Positions 18,716-31,925 of a stretch of DNA of 64,000 nucleotides are shown one piece after another; position 1 is the stretch's first letter; each line of letters begins with the position of its first letter. The translations under genes and the position numbers were made by a program. A model generated the notes under the pieces. The model ran no database searches, was not told the origin of the DNA, and worked only from the letters and a program-made list of their open reading frames with translations. Origin of the DNA: the human T2T-CHM13v2.0 reference genome, Homo sapiens; assembly GCF_009914755.1 (NCBI RefSeq), contig NC_060932.1; one strand, given 5' to 3'.

Positions 18716-19344
18716 AGCTAACACAGCAGTCTCAGAAAAGGTGATACAGTTCTTTGTGTTATTCTTGGAACTTCTCTGCAAGTTTGACATTATTTCAAAA
18801 TAAGTGATTTTAAAAGAATATCTGTGTATTTATATAGTGGTATAAGTAACAAACACTTTCATTTTTAGTGGAATATGTAGTATTTCATATGGAAGATATT
18901 TCCATTTTTCAATACTCTCTAGGAATTCTGGAACTTGGAAGGAAGGGGGTGAGTTATATAGCCCTTTTTAGCCCCTGTAAAAATGTTATATAACCAGAAA
19001 ATGTCAAAAAGAAAGAGTTATCTATTCTCTGTCCAAATTCCCAAATTCTACTTTTAGATTAGCCACTGAAATAATCGATTAGCTTTACTAACGTAATGGA
19101 AACCCAGTAAATCCATAGTCATTCCTCATAAAAGTAGAATCTGCATTCCCCTGGATCAAAGGTAGGGACCCTCTGTGCAATAATTAATTTCAAATAATTT
19201 TAAAAAGGGTTTGCTCTATAAAAAAATAGCATTCCATTTTTACCCAAAGCAGTATAGTCTTCTTTACAGTCCCTGACTTGCGTTTTATCTCAATTTGCTA
19301 TTTTTTTCTGTACAGAAAATTTTCTCTAAATCATTATATCCCTA

Positions 19345-19345
<1 letters not shown>

Positions 19346-19382
<37 letters not shown>

Positions 19383-19384
19383 CA
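19346..19384. repeat. (CA)n microsatellite
   Basis: ACACAC run with one CG interruption. Confidence 0.95.
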
Positions 19385-20099
19385 GTTTTACTCAGCACTT
19401 TTACTTTACAAAGGTGTCTGTGATCATTTTTTTCACTTCTTTATCTGACAAAGATCTGACATTCTCCCCTTCTTTTTTTGGGAAAATTGAGGGTGAGGAC
19501 TTGCAATTTACCTGGTAGCAAGTTATTGAACAACCGAGACTAGAATTTAGTCTTTTCACTCTACAACACAAAGATCTAGCCTAGGTTAGTACATTTGTGG
19601 GTTATTCTTCCTTTAAAATACTTGATACCAGCCACACTTATTGAGATTGTACTCTGCCTCTGTAAGTCTTTAGGAGAAGAATTTAGGCCTACCCATGTAA
19701 ATACCCATTTGCAAAGCATCTCTTTGCATTGCAAAGATATACTAATAGAATATTGAATTCTTTGCAATTGTATTTTTGCTTGCCGGTTGTAACAGGGTTT
19801 TAGAAGGTTGACATTCACAAAACAAAGACTTCTTTTACCACCAGAGTAAAAATGCTCACATTCAAATATAACTAGAAAATGAACAATAATTTATAGAGAA
19901 ATCTCTGAAAGTTTTGCTAGTGTAAGACAATTTTGATTAAAGTATAACAATGTTGTTACTAGCTATCATAGATGTTAACACATGATATTATACATTCCAT
20001 CTAGTTGCTATAATGCATGTACCCTCAACACTGTGGTAGTTTTATTTTATTTTTTCTCACAATGTTTTCATAAGCTAACATGCATTTATTTAATTTAAT

Positions 20100-20350
20100 T
20101 TTATTTATTAAATACCTGTGTAGAACTTACTATGTGCCTGGCCCTATTATAAGTAGTTTATGAATAATTAATTCATTTCATCCTCATAAAACTCCCTGAG
20201 GTCATTACTATTACCATCCTCCAGTTCACAGATGAGGTCTAAAGAAGATTAAGCAACGTGTCCAAGGAATACACCACTGGTAAACTGTAGAACTAGAATT
20301 CCAGCCCAAGCAGTTCAACTCCAAATATGTGTTCATAACCAATGTGTCAT
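20100..20350 (-). mobile_element. MIR SINE
   Basis: CTTACTATGTGCCTGG...TCCTCATAAAACTCCCTGAGGT...ACAGATGAGG...CCAAGG. Confidence 0.7.
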
Positions 20351-21690
20351 GCTGTGCCAAGCCTCAGATTCACAGTTGTTGGATAATTATTTGTGGATTA
20401 AATGAACAAATTACTCTCTTGTCTCTTAGGCTGATTTGAAAGCATTAAGCAAATTACCCAATTGTTCTGTACCTTATTTTTTCACTTTGTAAAACAGAAT
20501 TGATAATATTTGCCATCCATTTCTCTTCCAAACAACAGGAAGAATGGAGAGCATTTACTTTACCTACCTGCTGTATGTTTTTATGTCTTTAAGACTGGAT
20601 CTGCAGTGGGTCTAGAGTAGGCTAACAGCTTATACCTTAAACAGGCAACAAAACCACAATTCAGTATAATTAAGTTGCTTTCCATCTGAATGAGTGTGAA
20701 GTAGAGGGGCAAAAGTTTGAGAACTTCAACTTCCTTACACATGAGCTTTATTCCCATTTAACTCTGAACTGTTCTGTCTTTTTTTCAGCTGAATCAGAAT
20801 TTGTTTGTGTAAAATAATAGTTAAATGAAATGTTATCTAGGGCTTAGATTATATGATCTAATAAAAATATCAAGTTATAGATCTTCTAAATGAAAATGCT
20901 TTCCTCTTACAGCACTGCATCTCTAATATTTAAAAATTATCAGGACCTAGTTAGGGATAACACTGGAAGTTTCTGTGCCAAGGGTCCTTACTCCATCTCT
21001 GTCTATCCACTGTCTTTATTTTGTCCCTGCGCTTTCCATTAGGTTCTTTATTGGCTGTAGACATGGCATGAAAAGAAATTCAAAACAAGACCCACTAATG
21101 TTTTGTTTTGTTTTTTTTAGAAACAGGATCTTGCTCTCTTGCCCAGGCTGGAGTGCAGTGATACAGACATGGCTCATTGCAGCCTCCAACTCCTGAAGAC
21201 CCACTACTGATAGCAGCAAGGGCAGATAGCTGGTCCAAGCACTCTTGTGTGCTTTTGAGCAAATCATCTGTCCTTTCTCAATCTTAATCTCCTCTTCTGA
21301 AAAATGAGGCTAATAACAAAGGCTGCACTGTCTACCTCCAGAGCTGTCAGGAGGGTCAGAGAAATTAGTGAAACTGCTTTGTAAACTGTCCTCTACCATT
21401 ATGAAGACGTTAATACTAAAGGTCAGTTTCGAAAAATTTTCCAAATATAGACATTTGCTTTTGCATTATATCCACATGCAAAATTATCCATTTACATTCT
21501 TGGCCTGGAGCTCCAAGTGGAATCAGTTCAGAAAAGAAACAGAATTTGACTTAATCCTCAAAAAAGGTGGTATTTCAGATGCTCAATGAATGTCTGGAGA
21601 CTAAACTCCTGGTGAATGAGAAAAAGAATATGACAGACCTGAAGTCAGATGACCACAGGCCTACACAGATGTGTCTGAGATGAGAACAGT

Positions 21691-21761
21691 CTTTGCTAAG
21701 GTCTACAGAGGTCATTCTCAGTGCCTTTGCTAAGGTCTACAGAGGTCATTCTCAGTGCCTT
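21691..21761. repeat. Perfect 34-bp tandem duplication
   Basis: CTTTGCTAAGGTCTACAGAGGTCATTCTCAGTGC at 21691 and 21725. Confidence 0.95.
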
Positions 21762-22839
21762 GCCTTGTAGGGAGATGACCTTAGGACTCCATCCATGACA
21801 GCTGTAACAGTATACTGAAGAATATATTGAAGACCAGTGAATTGCGTGGGCTCTCAGGACATAAAGATGAAATGTACCAAAGACCCTGTGTTGTTATTAA
21901 AGAGTATTGACAGTTTTGCAAGGTCCAAAAAGTGGACAGAGAAGAAAATTTAGTTAACAGGTTAACCAAATACTGACTGCAAAGGAATCTAGCAAGGATC
22001 CCTAACATTTTCTCTTCTGTTCAGAAACTTTGGAAGCCAATTCAGATACCCTTTCAAAATCTGACATGTGTGTGGCTAAAGTTGTACAAAACAGTGGGTA
22101 ATGAGTGTTGTCAGAAGTGGCCTGTCCTATGCCCTATTTAACTTTGATCACTTCCATGATAACAAAATGCACACCTTGCCCTAACCATCTGGCACAATCC
22201 AGCCCTGCTTACCAGGGAAACTTGGCAAGCCAGAGTTTTCAGGGTGGAAAGGAAACCTATTATCTCTACTAGAAAAAAAAAATCTCAAAGCGCTTGACCT
22301 ACTGATGTCAGCATCACCTTTACATGCCAGGAACAAATTATTACAGAAGACCATACCTAGAACACCCAGCTGGAAGTTAATGAATCAGGGAGGAAGACTA
22401 ATGACACGGCACGGTACATTCCTCCGAGGCAGGGACCGCGTCTATTCTCCTTCGGGTGGGAGTGGAAGTGCTCTGCGCACAGTGGGCACGCTGCTGATAA
22501 GGCTGTCTGGTCAGGTGAGGACACAGGTCTCCAAGGAAAGCCCTGCCTTCTCCTAGGGTGTGGATGGGGAAAGTGGGAGTAGGAGTTCACCTGCAGCACC
22601 GAGTGCATAGAAGCTCTGCCGCTATTGAAATCCCTTTTAAGGCTGAGGGGCAGATCTGAAAGGGGTGAGCAAGACAGTACTGTGTATGTGACGAGTCCTG
22701 GGTGAGGAACGGGACCCTCTCCCTCATTCCCAACGCCACCTCTCCCTGGAGTATGAGGTTCCACAGCCCAGGCAATAAAGGGAAGTAGCCCACACACCTC
22801 AACCCGGGGCCACAGTTGGAGGTGGGGAGATCTAAGAAA

Positions 22840-24320
22840 CACTCCACGGATGAGTTTCTGAAGAGGGAAGTGGACCGGGAACAGCGCATTTCCTGCTTCG
22901 CCTGTGCAAATCCCAGGCGGGGCCAAGCGGGAACGGGGACACGGTCTAAGAGTCGCCCGCTGCCAGGGAGGGGTTGGGGGGCAGCCTCGAGGGGACACCG
23001 CGGAACCAGGGAGGGATGCGCATGGAGGGAGTGGGAGAAGGCGTCCAAGTAAAATGCATGCTCCGGTCATCGGGGGTAACGCGCGTCCCCAAATCCCCTC
23101 TCGCTGTCGCCCTTTTTTTCAGTCCTCACGGGGAGAGGCCGGCGCAGCAGTGGAGCACCGCAGGGGCTGGATCGGACCCGCACTGCAGCATCTGCAGGGC
23201 TCCGACCTGGTGCGGGCCTCCAAGGCAGGGGGCGCGCGGCGGCACAGCCGGTGGCCGCGATTTTCCGGGCCACTCCTTCCCCCCTTACACTCCCCTCCCG
23301 CCCGCGACCTTCGACCTCCATCCTGGACCCACGGGGTACTGGCCCGGGGACAAGGAGGAGACGTTAAAGGTATCAAGGGGCGCGGCACCGCCGCCTAGAC
23401 GGCGCCGGGACGCGAGGTGCGAATCGGCGGCGTCCGGCTGCGCTGCCCTACCTGGGAGGTGCGGGACCCTCGGCCGCGCTCCACCGCCGCGCGCCACCTC
23501 GTGCTGGCCTCCGGGAGGCAGCCGCCCGCGCACGATTTATAAATGCAAAGGCCTTATTGTTGTTCTTTGTTCAGGGATACCATTGTCTAGTCATCCACGG
23601 GCAGCCTGGAGTTTTCCCAGGGTTTGCGGCGCGCACTCCCCTCCCCCGCCCCCACAGACTTGCTCTCCAGCGCCAACCCGGATCTGCCTAGGTGCCCACG
23701 GGTCCTTCCCGATCGACTTGAGTGTCCTTCCTCCAGCCCCTGCTTTCCCAGCATCGAAAACACAAAAGCCTGCCGGAAATCACCCAGCCTTTGCCTGGTC
23801 ACTCAGGGGCCCACGGATAAGCGTGGCTCTGATTCCTCCAGGTCAGCCCCACGGTTCGCCACCTACCCGAGTTAATTTCTGCGCCCGCTGACCAAAGGCC
23901 CCAACTGGCAACGGGCACAGCTTCTTGGTGCGCTAGTCGCTTCCTTGCCCAGCCTTTAGAGCCTCGGGTCCGGCCCAAGGACCCGGGGACGTGAGCGCAA
24001 TTAGTAGCCAGGAGCCCTGCGACCCTGGACCGTGCAGTGCTAACGCACCCGAACGGCTATGCGAGCGGTGTACTCGGCTCTTACTTGTGAAAGTTGTTTC
24101 CCCCAACCCCCTGCGTAAATCTCTTGTGTTGAGAAAAGCAAGGCTTGCAGGAAGCCACTCCGGATGTTTGCTGCTTTACATGTGGCATCTGTGGCTGGCT
24201 CTGATAACGTCCCGGGGCACCACGTATTAAAGTGAAGAGACTGAAATAGAAGGCTCCACACACCGCGCGCGGGTCAGCGACGTCGCCGCCCTCCACACTG
24301 CCCCCCGAAATATAAGACAA
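22840..24320. promoter_or_regulatory. Upstream CpG island (candidate distal/alternative SOX17 promoter)
   Basis: About 1.5 kb of high GC and dense CpG, non-repetitive; TATAAAT at 23538-23544; SOX-type sites ATTGTT/CATTGT just downstream. Confidence 0.75.
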
Positions 24321-24581
24321 GCGAATGATCAGAAGAAATGAGATCTAACTAGGTCACAGTATGTAAAAGGGACTAGTCTTGGAAAGCCACCACAATTCCT
24401 CCCCTGTAAATTTGTAAACTGTGAATTTATGATCTCAGGGAGGGTGTTATAAGAAGTAGGGGGAGGGGCGTCAAAATCTGAAGCTCCTACTCCAACCTAT
24501 GATTGTGTACTTTCACCTGATTTCTCTTACCAGACCAAGATCAGTCCCCAAGAACAAGGGCAAATAAAAATAGGGAAACCC

Positions 24582-25013
<432 letters not shown>

Positions 25014-25949
25014 CTAAATCTGTATATGTACATTTTTTGGACTCACACCTGGATTGTATTTCCTGTAGTGTTTTTTAAGGAATTAGTCAAACAGACTAGA
25101 CAGATAAAAATGAATTCTGGACCAGATATTGTTTTTTAATTTTCAATGTTTATTCTAGGAAAACTCCTTAGCTCATAAAAGATTTAGTGTTAAGAGAAAA
25201 TTCTGCTTTGAGAGCTTTGAAAAATATTTATTATTATCCAGAAAAGTTAGAAAAGATCTCAAAAAAAAAAAAAAAAAAACAGCAAAAAACAAGGTACTAC
25301 GGGGTTAATTTGTAGATTGCTCTCTCTCCTCCTATAGTTTTGTTGCTTATTTAATCATTTGCAATGTGCTTTTGCTTTATACTGAAGCCCATTTTTTTTT
25401 CAGAAAAAATAAAGCTTTAAAAGTACATCATCATTTAAATTTGTCTAAAATCAACCGCTTTCAAAACTACCAACTAGAAGTAACACCTCTCTATGATTTC
25501 TTTATGCAGATTTAATTTTTTTTCTTGTTTGAATCTTAGAGACCCAGGAACTAGAAACACTTTCTTAACTTGTCCCCTAGCCAAGGCTTCACAGATACTT
25601 GCAGAATTAAAGATAAGTTGGCTTAAAACAATTGTGTAAGAGTTCTTTTGAGAAAAAGCAATGCCAGAGAAACTGAAGGCCAGGAGTTTGCAAAAGTTTT
25701 GTATTTTTATGGATGCCACTAATAAGCAAGACTGGACAGACGGTCTTGTTGTTGTAGTATCACACTCAAAGCAGCAGCATTTTACTTCTCAGATTCCAGG
25801 TGTAAGCTCTACTTTTTTATCACGCCTTCATAATAAAGAAAATCTGTTCTGGAGATTCGTATATTGATTTCTTTGCAAAGTTATCTCTAATTATGCAGGA
25901 ATGGCTGTTAGTTGCCCTCAAAAACCAACACAAATACACAAACACAACA

Positions 25950-26140
25950 GCCTGGCTTAGTGATTATTAAGAGCTGCAAGTCTGAAGGCGGACTGCTGGG
26001 TGTGAATTCCACCTTCTCAACGCTGTAGTCTCCAGCAAGTTCCTTAACTTCTCTGCCTCCGTTTCCTTTCCTGTAAGATAGAGTCTACCTCAGGGTTAAT
26101 ATGAGGATATGCTTCTTTGCTAATGCTGGAGGGCGCTAGG
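25950..26140 (+). mobile_element. MIR SINE
   Basis: CAAGTTCCTTAACTTCTCTGCCTCCGTTTCCTTTCCTGTAAGAT...TACCTCAGGGTT MIR core. Confidence 0.65.
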
Positions 26141-26464
26141 AATAGCAGTGGCAGGCTGTGTCATTTCTCAGTGTTGTATAACGGCTTGTTTTAAAAGTCC
26201 CACTGAAAACTTTTTTTTTTTCCAGATCGAAACACAAGTTTAATAGTCATTCAGATTTCATTCCAGTCTAAAGAAACTTATAGAAATCTAATTATCTGCC
26301 AGAATAACCGCTTTAAACTGACTGTAAGAACCACAGTTACTTTGCAGCTAAAACAGATTGTTCTCTTCCCCCAAACAAACTCGGACATTTAGACAAATAT
26401 TGCTGCTGTCTTTACATTTTAGAAATCAGTATTAAGGCTCACCTGTTACTGAACACATACGAGA

Positions 26465-26556
26465 AACAGTTTTGTTATGCGTATCTTATATACATCATGT
26501 ATACATTTTCGTACTTTCACATGATGTGTATAATAAGATACACATAAAAACTGGTT
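26465..26556. repeat. Imperfect inverted repeat (~36-bp arms)
   Basis: CAGTTTTGTTATGCGTATCTTATATACATCATGT pairs with ACATGATGTGTATAATAAGATACACATAAAAACTG. Confidence 0.8.
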
Positions 26557-26949
26557 GGCTTGTCATGAGTAAATGCTTTATTCTTTAGAGTGAAGGAATA
26601 TTGGATACAGAACGTCGTTCCATATTTAATCTTGCTTTAGAAAATTAGGATTTATCTTGGACACAGCATTTTGAATATAACACAGGCAAGTTGAGTCCTG
26701 GGGGAAAAATTGTATTTTTAAATTTATTATCAACGGTGTCTTTCGCATTTGAGAAAACACATTTGAAGATGCCCATGCAGTTCCTTGGAAGTAAACTAGG
26801 TCACCCACCACTGAAACACCCTCGGCTTCTGCAAAAAGATGTGCTTTAAAGAGAATAGAATGGACGCTCGGTATGTTCATCTAAACGACCTTGGGCAAGT
26901 ACGTCGATTCCAAGGTACAATCAGCCCTCCCAGACGGCTTTTCGAGTCT

Positions 26950-29249
<2,300 letters not shown>

Positions 29250-30150
29250 CAGGTCCCTGATCCGCCCCAGCCTGCAGGCCAGAAGCAGTGTTACACACTT
29301 CCTGGAGGAGCTAAGGAAATCCTCAGACTCCTGGGTTTTTGTTGTTGCTGTTGTTGTTTTTTAAAAGGTGTGTTGGCATATAATTTATGGTAATTTATTT
29401 TGTCTGCCACTTGAACAGTTTGGGGGGGTGAGGTTTCATTTAAAATTTGTTCAGAGATTTGTTTCCCATAGTTGGATTGTCAAAACCCTATTTCCAAGTT
29501 CAAGTTAACTAGCTTTGAATGTGTCCCAAAACAGCTTCCTCCATTTCCTGAAAGTTTATTGATCAAAGAAATGTTGTCCTGGGTGTGTTTTTTCAATCTT
29601 CTAAAAAATAAAATCTGGAATCCTGCTTTTTTGCTCTACTAGTACCTCTGTCACACTAGTCTTATCAAAAACCAGTTCTTAAGATCAATGTTAAGTTTAT
29701 TAGTTAATGTAAATTTCTCATCCTCGAAAAGGGTGAACATAAATGCCTTTAAGGAGTATATCTAAAAATAAACATTAGGATATCTAAGTTTGATGTAATT
29801 GTTTCAGGAAGGAAAAAAGAAAAGCATTCTGGAATGAGCCTACTTCAAGTAATCTTAGTTTCTAAAACTAACAGTTAATATTTTCAATTCCAGTATATCA
29901 CTTTAAGTAGAAGGGGATGTCCAAGTAATTTTGGTTTTCTAACTGTTGAATCATAAGCTTGACCTGCCCCCAGAGGCTTTTTGGATGTTTTTATCTGTGT
30001 TTTGCCATCTCTTTACACTCCTCGACATTCAGTTTACCTTAATCTTCACATTTTTACACCTTGGGAAGTGGCAAGCATCGCTGGGTTTAAGATAAAGGAG
30101 TCACAAAAACTAATCAAAATAAAATTTGCATTATGACAACTTTTAATACA
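29250..30150 (+). terminator. SOX17: SOX17 3'UTR with polyadenylation signals
   Basis: AU-rich UTR; AATAAA at 29607, 29767 and 30118, the last followed by a U-rich downstream element (30160-30190). Confidence 0.75.
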
Positions 30151-31354
30151 CTTTAGCATTTTATTTGATTGGTTTTTTTTTTTTTTGCTTTTAGATTTAA
30201 TACATATACGGACGATTGCACAGACTTAGGGGAGAATCCATGAATGGTTTGTGTGTAGTGTCCCTATCTATCACCATTACTTTATCAAGAAGAAACAGTT
30301 ACAGGGTTGTGAGTAAAAGATGGGGATCAGCCCCTGTAATCTGCCATACTAATCGCTGTGGCACGTCTCACCACATTTGAGATTGAGACATAAATGGAAA
30401 CAGGTGACTTATAATGGGCATTTCCTGTGCCAGATGTTTGTTCAATGCCATTCTAAACAGTGTGAGCCTCAACAAACCTGCAGGTTTAGGTGCTATTTTT
30501 CCTATTTTGTAAGAAAAGGAGGCACCAGGCCTTCCCCTGCCATGTATATGAAGGCTTGTATTACAAGTTCTTTTGACATATTTCTCACCTGTTTTCCTCT
30601 GGGCCAGTATGTATTCATGGGCACTGGGAGAATTTACATTCTGTTGATGAGAAACCATATAATTATCCTTAGCAGCAAGTGCTATAGAAAAAGGAAAGGC
30701 TTGGAGGATAGCTTCCAGCATTTACATGGGAGAGATGTCTGAGCTGAAATGATTGGCTGGATTCTCTTGAAAAAGGGCATGGAATATGTTTTTTAGAAGG
30801 GATTCCTGGAATGTGAAGGATAGACAGTTTTAGTGAGGAAAGGTAAGTTTATTCTGTCAGGCATAACAGGCTGCCTTTAAAAAGGTTAAATTCTTTCTCT
30901 TAGCTCAGATGGGTTGTTTCTGCTTCCAGCCTGAGCTCCTTCTGCAGGGTGTCCCAAGAGTTCCCAGTAGATAAAGTGGACAGAAGGGCTACCAGCCCAA
31001 GTTCAGGGCTGTGCTCAGATTACACTTGGCATTTTCATCATAGTCAGCCCAAGAAGACTCAGTTTTACCCTTGGCTGCCATCTCTTAACGATATTAAGAT
31101 AAGTACAGAAAAGAAAAAGAAAAAGAGTTCTTAGGGGAAAGATCTAAAGTCCTGTAAATTACATCTTTAACTACTCACTAGGCGCAGGTGGAAAAGCAGT
31201 AAGAGCTAAAATTGTTAAGTTAATGTTCATGCATTTACATGGATGGAGGGATTGGTGTTCACAAATAATTTTTTTTGGGTAAGAAGCATCAAGCCAATTC
31301 CTTCTCTTTCCTCAAGCACACAGATCAAGTGACTGCAGGTAGCAGCTAGTGATT

Positions 31355-31625
31355 TTTTTTAATTCCTAATTTTAGTTTTTATGGGTACATAGTAGGGGTA
31401 TATATTTATGGGGTACATGAGATGTTTTGATACAGATATGCAATGTGTAATAATCACATTATGTAAAATGGGGTATTTATTCCCTGCAGCATTTATCCTT
31501 TGTGTTACAATCCAATGATACTCTTAGTTATTTTAAAATGTACAATTAAATTAATATTGGCTATAGTCACTCTGTTGTGCTATCAAATACTAGGTCTTAT
31601 TCCTTCTATGTTTTTTTTTTTTTGG
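31355..31625 (-). mobile_element. L1MA-type 3' end
   Basis: TATATATTTATGGGGTACATGAGATGTTTTGATAC...TATAGTCACTCTGTTGTGCTATCAAATACTAG. Confidence 0.8.
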
Positions 31626-31798
31626 TAGTTTTAAATTACCAAAACATTTGGTATCCTTAAACCCTTTCTCATTTTAAAGTACAGGGATGTGGGCCCTGGT
31701 GGCAAAATTAGAAATAGAGCTTTGGGGTCCATTACAGACCATTATAGTTTTAAAGTGAACGACAGAATGTAAAACTTCTGCCTAGGTCGAACGACTCT

Positions 31799-31925
31799 AT
31801 GTCATCACCAAGTGAACAGACCTCCCCCCACCACCAGGTATGACATCGCCAAATGCATAAATCCCCTCTGTGACATTACCAAGTGCCTGGATACCCCCAT
31901 GACATCACCAAATACGCAGACCTCT
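31799..31925. repeat. Degenerate ~30-bp tandem repeat, 4 units
   Basis: RTGWCATYRCCAARTG... units start at 31799, 31840, 31870 and 31899. Confidence 0.7.

Noticed and set aside
22357-23891. 305-, 237- and 164-aa ORFs in the upstream CpG island
   Set aside because: Stop-poor GC-rich sequence, overlapping ORFs in several frames, no recognisable protein
31799-31925. CRISPR-like repeat-spacer appearance
   Set aside because: Mammalian DNA, short degenerate units with related spacers, no cas genes
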